A stretch of 64,000 nt of DNA, from NCBI GenBank assembly GCA_964572255.1, contig CAZNEE010000001.1:267587-331586 (forward strand). The letters run 5' to 3'. How positions within the stretch are numbered: the first letter of the stretch is position 1; every line of letters begins with the position of its first letter. The position numbers were made by a program, and so were the translations under genes. Below the pieces are notes generated by a model. It was not told where the DNA came from and ran no database searches. It saw nothing but the letters and a program-made list of their open reading frames with translations. Source of the DNA: an uncultured Planctomycetia bacterium. GTDB taxonomy: Bacteria > Omnitrophota > Gorgyraeia > Tantalellales > Tantalellaceae. Shown here piece after piece: positions 28,342-38,440 of this stretch.

Positions 28342-29715
28342 GTGAAGCTCTCAGTGGTAATGCCGGTATATAATGAGGTTAATACTTTTCTTGAGATCTT
28401 CAGGCAGGTAAAAGAATACCCTATGGAGAAAGAAATAATTATTGTTGACGATTTCTCCACTGACGGAACAAGGGAGATCTTGGAAAAGGTTAATGACGAT
28501 AATGTGCAGATATTGTTTAATGAAAAAAATTATGGAAAGGGATTTTGTGTCCGAAGAGGTTTTGATCTGGCAAAAGGCGATATTGTTATTATCCAGGATA
28601 CAGACCTTGAATATTATCCCTCCGAGTATTCGATCTTAATAAAAAGAATATTAGAAGGTAAAGCCGATGTGGTATATGGAACGAGATTTTTAGGGGAACA
28701 TAGAGTGTTCTTTTTCTCTCATTTTTTGGGAAATTTTATATTAAATAATATCGCAAACATTCTTTACAATACTAATTTGACCGATCTCATGACTGGCTAT
28801 AAGGTATTTACAAGGGACGCAATCGATAAACTTAATTTGCATGCAAACGGATTTGGCGTAGAAGCGGAGATAACCGCTCAAGTTTTTAAACATAATCTAA
28901 GGGTTTATGAGGTGCCGATTTCTTACAATGGAAGAAATTATGATGAGGGGAAGAAAATAACGTGGAAGGATTTCTTCCGTTCGTTATACTGGCTGTTTAG
29001 ATGCAGATTTGCCAGTTATGACATTGGCAAGGATACTTTGTCCAGGATGCGGGTTATGAAGAATAACAATAGATGGCTTTTTAACCAGATAAAACCGTAC
29101 ATAGGCGACCGCGTTCTGGAGATAGGTTCCGGTATCGGCAATATTTCAGCTTTACTTTCCAGCCTTAAAAAGAAATTAATCTTAACAGAGATAAATGAAC
29201 ATTACGTGGATTATTTAAGGCAGAGATTTATTGGAAATCCTTCTATAGAAGTTTTCCGAAAGGATGTAACATCGAATGATTTTCTCGATCTAAGAAATTT
29301 TAACACTGATACCGCGGTATGCATAAACGTATTAGAGCATATCAAGGACGATAACAAAGCATTAGAAAATATATATCACACAATAGAATTAGATGGAAAA
29401 CTTATATTAGTTGTTCCTGCGCTTAAACCTCTCTATGGCTCAATTGATAAAGGGTTGGATCATTTTAGAAGGTATAGCAGAACAGACTTGAAGGATAAGT
29501 TGGAATCCAAGGGATTTATTGTAGAAGAAATGTTTTATCATAATTTTCTATCCGCTATTGGATGGTTTGTTAACGGTAGAATTTTAAAGAAAAAGATCAT
29601 TTCAAGTGTTCAAGTAAAAATATTGGATTTATTCATCCCAATTATTGCAGCAATAGAGAGAAGGATAAAAGTCCCTCTTGGCTTATCCCTGATTGTTGTT
29701 TGTAGAAAAAAATAA
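28342..29715 (+). CDS. Fusion protein: GT2 polyprenol-phosphate glycosyltransferase (DPM1/GtrB-like) at the N-terminus and a class I SAM methyltransferase at the C-terminus
   Basis: GTG start after the RBS AAGGAAAGGAGAGG. LSVVMPVYNE...IIVDDFSTDGT...IQDTDLEY at the N-terminus. VLEIGSGIGNIS and a LILVVP segment at the C-terminus. Confidence 0.65.
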   Translation: MKLSVVMPVYNEVNTFLEIFRQVKEYPMEKEIIIVDDFSTDGTREILEKVNDDNVQILFNEKNYGKGFCVRRGFDLAKGDIVIIQDTDLEYYPSEYSILIKRILEGKADVVYGTRFLGEHRVFFFSHFLGNFILNNIANILYNTNLTDLMTGYKVFTRDAIDKLNLHANGFGVEAEITAQVFKHNLRVYEVPISYNGRNYDEGKKITWKDFFRSLYWLFRCRFASYDIGKDTLSRMRVMKNNNRWLFNQIKPYIGDRVLEIGSGIGNISALLSSLKKKLILTEINEHYVDYLRQRFIGNPSIEVFRKDVTSNDFLDLRNFNTDTAVCINVLEHIKDDNKALENIYHTIELDGKLILVVPALKPLYGSIDKGLDHFRRYSRTDLKDKLESKGFIVEEMFYHNFLSAIGWFVNGRILKKKIISSVQVKILDLFIPIIAAIERRIKVPLGLSLIVVCRKK

Positions 29716-29767
29716 TTATTAGCAATTTATTGATTATTAAAAATCAGAAGCGAGGTAAAGGGCTGGT

Positions 29768-30331
29768 ATGAAGCAGAAATATATATTTCTTGATCGTGAC
29801 GGAGTGATAAATAAAGACGGTGAGTTCATAACCGAACACGGGTACATAACACGCTGGGAGGATTTTCAGTTCCTTCCCGGGGTTTTGGAAGGCATAAAGA
29901 GACTTACAGAAGAAGGATATAAGGTCATAGTCATATCAAATCAGAAATGTGTCGGAAAAGGCATCATGTCCGAGGAAGAGCTGAAAAGTTTAACGGAAGA
30001 GTTTTCTAAAGCTGTTGAAAAGAGCGGCGGGAAGATAGAGAAGGTCTATTATTGCCTTCATGTGGACGAAGATAAATGCGACTGCCGTAAACCCGAAGCG
30101 GGTTTGTTCCATAAGGCACAGGAGGAATTTAATATAGATACTTTTGAGAATAAATTTTTTATTGGTGACAGCCAGCGCGACATGCAGGCCGGACAAAGAG
30201 TAGGCCTTAAGACCGTGCTTGTCTTGTCCGGAAAATCTTCAAGGAAAGATGCCGAAGCCTGGCAGTACAAGCCGGATCACATATGCGAAACTTTCCGGGA
30301 TGTGGTGGATCTCGTTTTAAAGGGAGCGTAA
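29768..30331 (+). CDS. gmhB: D-glycero-D-manno-heptose 1,7-bisphosphate 7-phosphatase (HAD-IIIA)
   Basis: FLDRDGVIN HAD motif I and VISNQ, plus the Zn-binding C-x-H...C-x-C (CLHVDEDKCDCRKP) typical of GmhB. Confidence 0.8.
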   Translation: MKQKYIFLDRDGVINKDGEFITEHGYITRWEDFQFLPGVLEGIKRLTEEGYKVIVISNQKCVGKGIMSEEELKSLTEEFSKAVEKSGGKIEKVYYCLHVDEDKCDCRKPEAGLFHKAQEEFNIDTFENKFFIGDSQRDMQAGQRVGLKTVLVLSGKSSRKDAEAWQYKPDHICETFRDVVDLVLKGA

Positions 30332-30336
30332 AGTAC

Positions 30337-31488
30337 ATGGCAACAAAGAAGAAAAAAAAGATCATTATTCTTTATTCGACCGGCGGCTTGGGGCACAAGA
30401 AAGCGGCTGATGCTATCTTCGATGCGTTCGGTAAGAGAAAAAAAGACGCCGCGGTCGAGATGATCGATGTCATTGAATACGCCAACCGGTTCTACAAATT
30501 CATATATAAGGATTTTTATGTATTTCTCATGTCGAAAGGGAAATTGTTCTGGGGGTTCTTATATTATTTTTCCAATTTGGCCTTCATGGATGCGCTCACC
30601 CGCAAAATACGCCAGATCATAGACCTGAGAAGTCTCGGCGGGCTGAAAGACATGCTGGTTCAAAAGGCCCCCGATGCGATCGTTACCACGCATTTCCTTC
30701 TGCCGAGCATAGCCGGCGTCCTGAAAAAAGACAAAACGTTCCATGCCAGGTTATATACCGTTATAACTGATTACGGGCCCCATGCTTTCTGGCTCACAAA
30801 ATACATGGATAAGTTTTTTGTAGGCACGGAGTCAGTTATACGCGAGATGAAAAAAAGAAAGATCCCCGAGAGCAAGATCTCGGCAACTGGTATTCCCGCG
30901 ATGAAAGAATTCAGTAAGAAATTCAGTGTAAGCAGGCTGCAAAAAGAATATGGACTCGATAAAAAGAGGAAAACGGTCCTCGTTCTAAGCGGGGGATTCG
31001 GAGTGGGGCCTTTAGAGAAGATACTTTTTTCGCTCAATGCGTGCACTGCTGACATTCAGGTAATTACTGTATGCGGGCATAACAAGGCCGCATATAATGA
31101 TATAAACGCTATTAGAGATAAATTAAATTATCCCGTGATCCTTTTTGGGTTTACTGATGAGGTCGCTCAGCTCATGTCGGTTTCTGATCTCATAATAACA
31201 AAAGCCGGAGGGATAAGCGTGACGGAAGCTTTGGATTCAAGTCTTCCCATGATACTTTTCGCGTCCATACCCGGACAGGAAACGTGGAATGAGAACCTTC
31301 TTTTGGATGCGGGGGCGGCGGAGAAGGCGCATTCCGTCAAGGAGATACCGGTTATTGCCAACCGGATACTTTTGTCGGAAGATGTTTATGAAGCTTTGAA
31401 AGAAGGGATAGAAAAGGTGCGTAAGCCCGATGCGGCCGGGAGGATAGTTGATATTGTTCTGGAAGAGATAAAAGAAGCGGGAAAATGA
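30337..31488 (+). CDS. GT28 MGDG-synthase-like diacylglycerol glycosyltransferase family protein
   Basis: Start adjusted to the ATG after the gmhB stop, with RBS AAAGGGAGCG. IIILYSTGGLGHKKAADAI matches the MGDG_synth N-terminal region. MurG-like C-terminal half. Confidence 0.55.
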   Translation: MATKKKKKIIILYSTGGLGHKKAADAIFDAFGKRKKDAAVEMIDVIEYANRFYKFIYKDFYVFLMSKGKLFWGFLYYFSNLAFMDALTRKIRQIIDLRSLGGLKDMLVQKAPDAIVTTHFLLPSIAGVLKKDKTFHARLYTVITDYGPHAFWLTKYMDKFFVGTESVIREMKKRKIPESKISATGIPAMKEFSKKFSVSRLQKEYGLDKKRKTVLVLSGGFGVGPLEKILFSLNACTADIQVITVCGHNKAAYNDINAIRDKLNYPVILFGFTDEVAQLMSVSDLIITKAGGISVTEALDSSLPMILFASIPGQETWNENLLLDAGAAEKAHSVKEIPVIANRILLSEDVYEALKEGIEKVRKPDAAGRIVDIVLEEIKEAGK

Positions 31489-32207
31489 TGAAAAAAGAAG
31501 AGCTTAAGAATTTCATTAAAAATGTTATAGAATCCGAAAAACTTGCTGGAGTGAGTGAGATCTATTTGACCGATAAAGATCTTAGAAAGAGGGCGAAGGG
31601 GGAAGAGAGATCAAAGGAAAAGAGTGATATAACCTTGAATAATTTCAGGGAAAAAGTTTCGGTTTGCCGGCTTTGCCCGCTTTCAAAAACAAGGACAACA
31701 GTTGTTTTCGGCGAAGGCGATCCTAAAGCTGATCTCATGTTTATCGGTGAAGCTCCGGGGTATGATGAAGATCAGAAGGGCAGGCCCTTTGTAGGCCGTG
31801 CCGGTCAGCTTCTTACAAAGATAATAGAATCCATAGGGTTCAAGAGAGAAAATGTGTATATTGCCAATATATTAAAATGCCGTCCTCCGGGCAACAGGAA
31901 TCCTCTCCCTTCGGAAATAGCTAAATGCTCGCCATACTTATTAAAGCAGATAGAGCTTATAAAGCCTAAAGTCATTTGCGCGCTGGGAAAGTTCGCGGCA
32001 CAGACGCTTCTGAACACGGAAACGCCTATCAGCAAATTACGCGGCAGTTTTCATGATTACAGGGGCATTAAGTTAATGCCCACGTATCATCCGGCATACC
32101 TTTTAAGGAACCCCGCGGGAAAAAGAGAAGTCTGGCTGGACATGAAAAAAATCGCTAAAGAACTCGGGCTTGAGATCACCTCAAGAAGAAAAAAGACAAA
32201 AAAATAA
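31485..32207 (+). CDS. udg: Uracil-DNA glycosylase, family 4
   Basis: CRLCPLSKTRT...GEAPGYDEDQKGRPFVGRAGQLL and HPAYLLRNP motifs. ATGA overlap. Confidence 0.8.
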   Translation: MMKKEELKNFIKNVIESEKLAGVSEIYLTDKDLRKRAKGEERSKEKSDITLNNFREKVSVCRLCPLSKTRTTVVFGEGDPKADLMFIGEAPGYDEDQKGRPFVGRAGQLLTKIIESIGFKRENVYIANILKCRPPGNRNPLPSEIAKCSPYLLKQIELIKPKVICALGKFAAQTLLNTETPISKLRGSFHDYRGIKLMPTYHPAYLLRNPAGKREVWLDMKKIAKELGLEITSRRKKTKK

Positions 32208-32216
32208 AATTCAAAA

Positions 32217-33134
32217 ATGAACAATAAATTTCCGTATTACATACCTTTCCATTACCGGTTATTTCTGAAGCTGCGGAAGGCTTATCGTCAGACAACGGTT
32301 CGTTTGATGGAAAGAAGCGCCAGAAGAAACGGCCCCGCAGGGATAGTCCCTGATGGTGAGGCTTTCTGGCCTTCAGGAAAAGAGAACTTATTGTTCAATC
32401 CGGAAAACGCTATTAATAAAGCCGGGTTCTGGTTCGAACAGGATCTAGAAAAAAAACAATTGCAGGCTTTAGCTAAGCAAATCGAGGAGCTGAAGGAAAA
32501 GCTCAAGGCAAGAAAACTGTATTTTGCCAATACCGCGGGCACTTTTCTTCAAGGCATAGCGGACATTGATACCGAACGGAGAAAAGTTTGGGAAAATGTC
32601 TGGACGATCTATCATTCCGGGGTAAAACCGGAGCACCGTGTGCTGGATATAGGCGGCGCTTCCACCATATTTTCTTTTTATCTTGCGAGTATCGGCTGTT
32701 CCGTAAGTGTTGTTGATAATGATTGGGGCAATTGCGGAACGATATATAACGCCAATTATGTCGCGAAACAAATGGACTGGGATTTAAAGGCTTATGACCG
32801 GGATGCCGCGCAAACTTTACCTTTTCCGGACGGCCATTTTGGCCGTGTTTTCTCGATCTGCACTCTTGAACATCTTACTTCAGAGGCCCGCAGGTCACTG
32901 ATGAGAGAGGTCGGCAGGGTGTTAAAACCGGACGGCATAGCCGCGCTTACGATAGATTATTGTCATGACCGGCAAATGCTTATAAGCGATAAAGGACTTA
33001 GATTTGCTTATAAAAGGAAGCTTGAAGAAGATGTAATAGCTCCTTCGGGACTCGATATTTTCGGGAATGAGGATCTAAAGGATATATCTTCGGAAAAGAA
33101 TTTTCTCGGAGCTCTCTTTTTGAAAAAACCTTAA
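32217..33134 (+). CDS. Class I SAM-dependent methyltransferase
   Basis: VLDIGGASTIFSFYLASIGCSVSVVD motif I, plus VLKPDG. Confidence 0.6.
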   Translation: MNNKFPYYIPFHYRLFLKLRKAYRQTTVRLMERSARRNGPAGIVPDGEAFWPSGKENLLFNPENAINKAGFWFEQDLEKKQLQALAKQIEELKEKLKARKLYFANTAGTFLQGIADIDTERRKVWENVWTIYHSGVKPEHRVLDIGGASTIFSFYLASIGCSVSVVDNDWGNCGTIYNANYVAKQMDWDLKAYDRDAAQTLPFPDGHFGRVFSICTLEHLTSEARRSLMREVGRVLKPDGIAALTIDYCHDRQMLISDKGLRFAYKRKLEEDVIAPSGLDIFGNEDLKDISSEKNFLGALFLKKP

Positions 33135-33147
33135 ATATTTTAAAACT

Positions 33148-35139
33148 ATGGCACAATTTGTTGAAGTCATAACCAGCTTACCGATCGACCGTACGTTCCA
33201 GTACAGGGTTGCGGGAGGGGAGAGTTTTTCTCCGGAGGTCGGTAAACGGGTATTCATTCCGTTCCGCAGCGTGAAACGTGTGGGCTATATCGTGAAGATG
33301 GAAGAGGAGGCGATAGTTTCAAGCCCCAGGTCGCTTATTGATATCATCGATGAGGAACCGATCTTCACGAAAGAGATGATCGATCTGGCCAGATGGATAA
33401 AAGATTATTATTTTTGCTCATGGGGGGAAGCGCTTGAAGCGATGATACCCGGCGCGCTTAAACACGGTAAAGTTTCCATGGTGCCCAGAATAAAAGAGAG
33501 CAAAAATACTGTGGAACCGACCTCGCCGCATGTCCCGAACCCCGAACAGCAAATAGTGCTGGACGATATAGCGAAGTGCCTCGATGAGGGGAGACATGAG
33601 GTATTCCTCCTTCACGGTATCACCGGAAGCGGCAAGACCGAAATATATCTTCAGGCGATGGAGAGAGTCCTGGGTAAAGGCAAGTCAGGCGTAATGCTTG
33701 TTCCCGAGATATCCCTTACACCGCAGACCGTTGAAAGGTTCATGTCCAGGTTCGGGGACAAAGTGGCGGTTTTTCATTCGAAGATGACCCAGGGACAGAA
33801 GTTTGTGGAATGGCAAAGAATAAGGAGGGGGGAGGCCCGTGTTGTTGTGGGCCCTCGTTCGGCGGTTTTCAGTCCTTTTAAGGATCCGGGCCTATTCATT
33901 GTTGATGAAGAGCACGAACCCACATATAAACAGGAGGATGTGCCAAGGTATCATGCCAGAGAAGTGGCCATAAAAAGAGCGGAGATGGCAAGTGTACCGG
34001 TTATATTGGGCAGCGCGACGCCCGCTCTTGAATCTTACCATAAAGCGATAAACGGCGAATATAAACTCGTAGAGCTCACGCAGAGAATAAAAGAAAAAGA
34101 GCTTCCTCGAGTCAAGCTTGTTGATATGAGGATGGAACTTGAAACGAGATCCGGGAGGGAAGTTATATCAAGCGTAATGGTCGAAAGCTTGCGGAAGGAT
34201 CTCTCCAAGAAACAGCAGGCGCTTATATTTCTTAATAGAAGGGGTTTTTCGACTTTTGTGATGTGCCGTAAATGCGGCTATGTGATAAAATGCCCGAAAT
34301 GTGATTCCCCCATGGTTTTTCATCAGGAGAAGAATGAACTTATATGCCATTACTGCAGTATGAGGATGTATCCGCCTGAAATATGCCCTGACTGCAACAG
34401 CGATTATCTGATGTACAGGGGAACGGGCACTCAAAAAGTTGAATCGGAATTAAAGAAACTGTTTCCTGAGACAAATATCACGCGCATGGATTCGGATACG
34501 ATGACAAAAAGGGGCGCTCATGATAAACTGTTGGAAAAGTTCAAAAAGCATGAAATAGATGTTATAGTCGGTACGCAGATGATAGCCAAAGGGTTTGATT
34601 TTCCTAAAGTGACGTTAGTGGGGGTTGTCTCTGCCGATGCCAATCTGAACCTTCCGGATTTTAGGTCCGGGGAAAGGACTTTTAACCTGATAACACAGGT
34701 TGCCGGAAGGGCAGGAAGAGGTGATCTGGGCGGCGAAGTTATCGTTCAGACATATACGCCGGATCATTATGCCATTAAACTGGCGGCAAAACATGACTAC
34801 AACGGGTTTTATGCTAAAGAGATCGAAGCAAGGCGCCAGTTATTTTTTCCTCCGTTCGTTCATTTTGTAAAGATAGTCGTAAGATCGAAAAAAGAGGAAA
34901 ATGTCGTCAAGTCGATAGAAAAACTTGCGAAACACTTAAAGAGAAATATCAGCGGGCTGGAGTATATAGGCCCCGCGCCGGCGCCTATGGCGAAGGTCAG
35001 AGGTTTTTACAGGTGGAATATCATAATAAGGACAAAAGATAGAGACGGTACTTTAAGGAGTTTAAGGAAAGCTTTGAAAGGGTTTCGCAAGGGATCAGGC
35101 GTATTCATGGCTGTGGATGTCGACCCGATGACCATGTAG
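33148..35139 (+). CDS. priA: Primosomal protein N' (replication restart helicase)
   Basis: Walker A GITGSGKT, DEEH box, and zinc-binding CRKCGY...CPKCD...CHYC...CPDC. Confidence 0.9.
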   Translation: MAQFVEVITSLPIDRTFQYRVAGGESFSPEVGKRVFIPFRSVKRVGYIVKMEEEAIVSSPRSLIDIIDEEPIFTKEMIDLARWIKDYYFCSWGEALEAMIPGALKHGKVSMVPRIKESKNTVEPTSPHVPNPEQQIVLDDIAKCLDEGRHEVFLLHGITGSGKTEIYLQAMERVLGKGKSGVMLVPEISLTPQTVERFMSRFGDKVAVFHSKMTQGQKFVEWQRIRRGEARVVVGPRSAVFSPFKDPGLFIVDEEHEPTYKQEDVPRYHAREVAIKRAEMASVPVILGSATPALESYHKAINGEYKLVELTQRIKEKELPRVKLVDMRMELETRSGREVISSVMVESLRKDLSKKQQALIFLNRRGFSTFVMCRKCGYVIKCPKCDSPMVFHQEKNELICHYCSMRMYPPEICPDCNSDYLMYRGTGTQKVESELKKLFPETNITRMDSDTMTKRGAHDKLLEKFKKHEIDVIVGTQMIAKGFDFPKVTLVGVVSADANLNLPDFRSGERTFNLITQVAGRAGRGDLGGEVIVQTYTPDHYAIKLAAKHDYNGFYAKEIEARRQLFFPPFVHFVKIVVRSKKEENVVKSIEKLAKHLKRNISGLEYIGPAPAPMAKVRGFYRWNIIIRTKDRDGTLRSLRKALKGFRKGSGVFMAVDVDPMTM

Positions 35140-35168
35140 CGGGGACGCCCCATTTGGCGACACCCCGC
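35140..35168 (+). repeat. REP-like palindromic intergenic element, copy 1 (GCGGGGACGCCCCATTTGGCGACACCCCGC)
   Basis: Read directly. Imperfect palindrome immediately after the priA stop. Related copies occur at about 41280 and about 42344 (inverted). Confidence 0.5.
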
Positions 35169-35206
35169 AAGGTAAAACACAACAAAAAATACTGGATAGG
35201 AGATAG

Positions 35207-36139
35207 ATGAGACTTATTTTTTTCGGGACAGGCAAATTCGGCGTACCGACTTTAAAGAAGCTGTTTTCAAGCGGACATGAAATAGCGGCGGTTGTTTCCC
35301 AGCCTGACAAGCCGAAAGGCAGGGGGTGGAATGTCCAGCCGACAGCGATAAAAGCCGTTACGGAAAAACTTTCTCCGGGATTAGATATACTCCAGCCCGA
35401 AAATACGTCCGACAACGATTTTATGAAATATCTGAAAGGCAAGGATCCTGACCTGTTCGTAGTTATTGATTATGGGAAGTTCTTGAAGAAGGAACTTCTT
35501 GATATCCCTCGAAAATATTGCATAAATCTTCATCCTTCACTTTTACCTAAATATAGAGGAGCAGCCCCTATAAATTGGGCGATACTTAACGGGGAGCAGG
35601 AAACAGGCGCGACGGTAATAAAAATGAACGAGAGGATGGATGCGGGAAATATGATAACACAGGAAAAACTAGATATAGGGGGAAATGATACCGCGGAGGA
35701 TCTTTCCATCAAACTTTCTCAGCTTGGGGCTGATCTTGTATTGAAAGCTCTGAAATTGATCGAAGAGGACGAAGAGAGTTTCATCGAACAGGATGAAAAA
35801 GAAGTTTCATATGCGCCTAAGCTTAATAAGGAACAGGGAAAAATAGATTGGACAAAATCGGCGCTTGAGGTAACAAGAAAAGTGCGGGGTATGCAGCCCT
35901 GGCCGGGAGCGTTTACGGTCCTTGAAGGTAAAACATTAAAGATCAAGAAAGCAAGCATTGCAGAGCCGGAGGATAAGGGTTATCCTCCCGGTACGATCTG
36001 CGATGAGAAAAAATTCATAATTACTGCCGGTGAAGGCGCGATCCAGGTGCAGGAACTTCAGCTTGAAGGCAAGAAAACAATGCAAGTACATGAATTCCTG
36101 CGGGGACATTCTATCAAAAGAGGCGCCAGTCTTTCTTAA
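35207..36139 (+). CDS. fmt: Methionyl-tRNA formyltransferase
   Basis: MRLIFFGTGKFGVPTL, HPSLLPKYRGAAPINWAI. Confidence 0.9.
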   Translation: MRLIFFGTGKFGVPTLKKLFSSGHEIAAVVSQPDKPKGRGWNVQPTAIKAVTEKLSPGLDILQPENTSDNDFMKYLKGKDPDLFVVIDYGKFLKKELLDIPRKYCINLHPSLLPKYRGAAPINWAILNGEQETGATVIKMNERMDAGNMITQEKLDIGGNDTAEDLSIKLSQLGADLVLKALKLIEEDEESFIEQDEKEVSYAPKLNKEQGKIDWTKSALEVTRKVRGMQPWPGAFTVLEGKTLKIKKASIAEPEDKGYPPGTICDEKKFIITAGEGAIQVQELQLEGKKTMQVHEFLRGHSIKRGASLS

Positions 36140-36146
36140 AAAACTC

Positions 36147-36175
36147 TTGAATCATACACCCCTTAATTGTATAAT
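36147..36175 (+). promoter_or_regulatory. Candidate sigma70 promoter TTGAAT-17-TATAAT upstream of gap
   Basis: Hexamers and spacer read from sequence. The strong RBS AGAAGGAGGA lies 8 nt before the ATG. Confidence 0.45.
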
Positions 36176-36231
36176 GTCCCCTTAATAATTCGGTATATTT
36201 TTAAGAGTTATATAAAAAGTTTAAAAACTAG

Positions 36232-37242
<1,011 letters not shown>

Positions 37243-37252
37243 GGTTGGAGAT

Positions 37253-38431
37253 ATGAAGAAGACTGTCGCTGATGTTGACCTAAAAGGTAAAAGGGTTTTA
37301 ATGCGCGCGGATTTCAATGTGCCTCTTGACGGAAACCGCAATATCACGGATGATAACAGAATCGTGGCGGCCATGCCGACAATAAAATATGTGTTGGATA
37401 ACGGCGGCAAACTTGTGCTCATGAGCCATCTCGGCCGTCCAAAAGGTGAAGTTAAAAATGAGTTTTCTCTTACGCCTGTTGCTGACAGACTTTCCGCTTT
37501 ACTCAAGAAAAATGTAAGCAAAACGGATGACTGCATAGGGGAAGACGTTGAGGATGCAGTTTCGCAGATGAAGGGCGGCGATGTCATACTTCTTGAGAAC
37601 CTCAGATTCCATAAGGAAGAAACAAAAAATGATCCTGACTTCGCGAAAAAGCTCGCATCCCTTGGAGAAGTATTTGTCGAAGATGCCTTCGGAACATGCC
37701 ACAGGGCGCATGCTTCGACTGTCGGGGTTCCGGAGAACCTGCCCGGCGTAGCCGGGTTTCTTGTGCAGAAAGAGGTCGAATATTTTGAAAAGGTGACCAA
37801 ACAGCCAGAAAAACCGTTTTGTCTCGTTCTGGGCGGCGCAAAAGTAGCTGACAAGATCCCGGTCATCGAGAATATGCTGGATAAAGTGGATTATATCTTG
37901 ATCGGCGGGGCCATGGCATACACGTTCTTAAAATCCAGGCTTAAAGGTATAGGAGCTTCAAGGCTTGAAGAAGAGATGATGGATACCGTGAATGATATTT
38001 TCGTGAAAGCAGGCCAGAAAAATGTAAGCATATTCCTTCCCAAAGACCATGTTGTCGCGAAAGAAATGAAAGAGAACGCAAGAAGAAAAGTGGTTAAAGA
38101 AAATATCCCTGACGGCTGGATCGGCCTGGATATAGGGCCGGAAACGATAAAGAGCTATAAGGCTGTTTTAAAGGAATCAAAGACGATCGTCTGGAACGGG
38201 CCAATGGGCCTCTTTGAGATGAAGCCGTTCGCAAAAGGTACGGTCGAGCTGGCAAAATTCATGGCCAATCTTAACGCTACGACAGTTATAGGCGGGGGAG
38301 ATACCGCCGCGGCCGTGAATCAGCTGAAACTGTCTAACAGGATGTCTCATATTTCTACGGGCGGCGGGGCTTCACTTGAATATCTTGAAGGAAAAGTTCT
38401 GCCCGGTATTGCTGTTTTACAGGACAAATAG
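37253..38431 (+). CDS. pgk: Phosphoglycerate kinase
   Basis: Start adjusted to M15 of the ORF (RBS GAGGTTGGAG). RADFNVP and GGGAS motifs. Confidence 0.95.
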   Translation: MKKTVADVDLKGKRVLMRADFNVPLDGNRNITDDNRIVAAMPTIKYVLDNGGKLVLMSHLGRPKGEVKNEFSLTPVADRLSALLKKNVSKTDDCIGEDVEDAVSQMKGGDVILLENLRFHKEETKNDPDFAKKLASLGEVFVEDAFGTCHRAHASTVGVPENLPGVAGFLVQKEVEYFEKVTKQPEKPFCLVLGGAKVADKIPVIENMLDKVDYILIGGAMAYTFLKSRLKGIGASRLEEEMMDTVNDIFVKAGQKNVSIFLPKDHVVAKEMKENARRKVVKENIPDGWIGLDIGPETIKSYKAVLKESKTIVWNGPMGLFEMKPFAKGTVELAKFMANLNATTVIGGGDTAAAVNQLKLSNRMSHISTGGGASLEYLEGKVLPGIAVLQDK

Positions 38432-38440
38432 GAGTTTATA

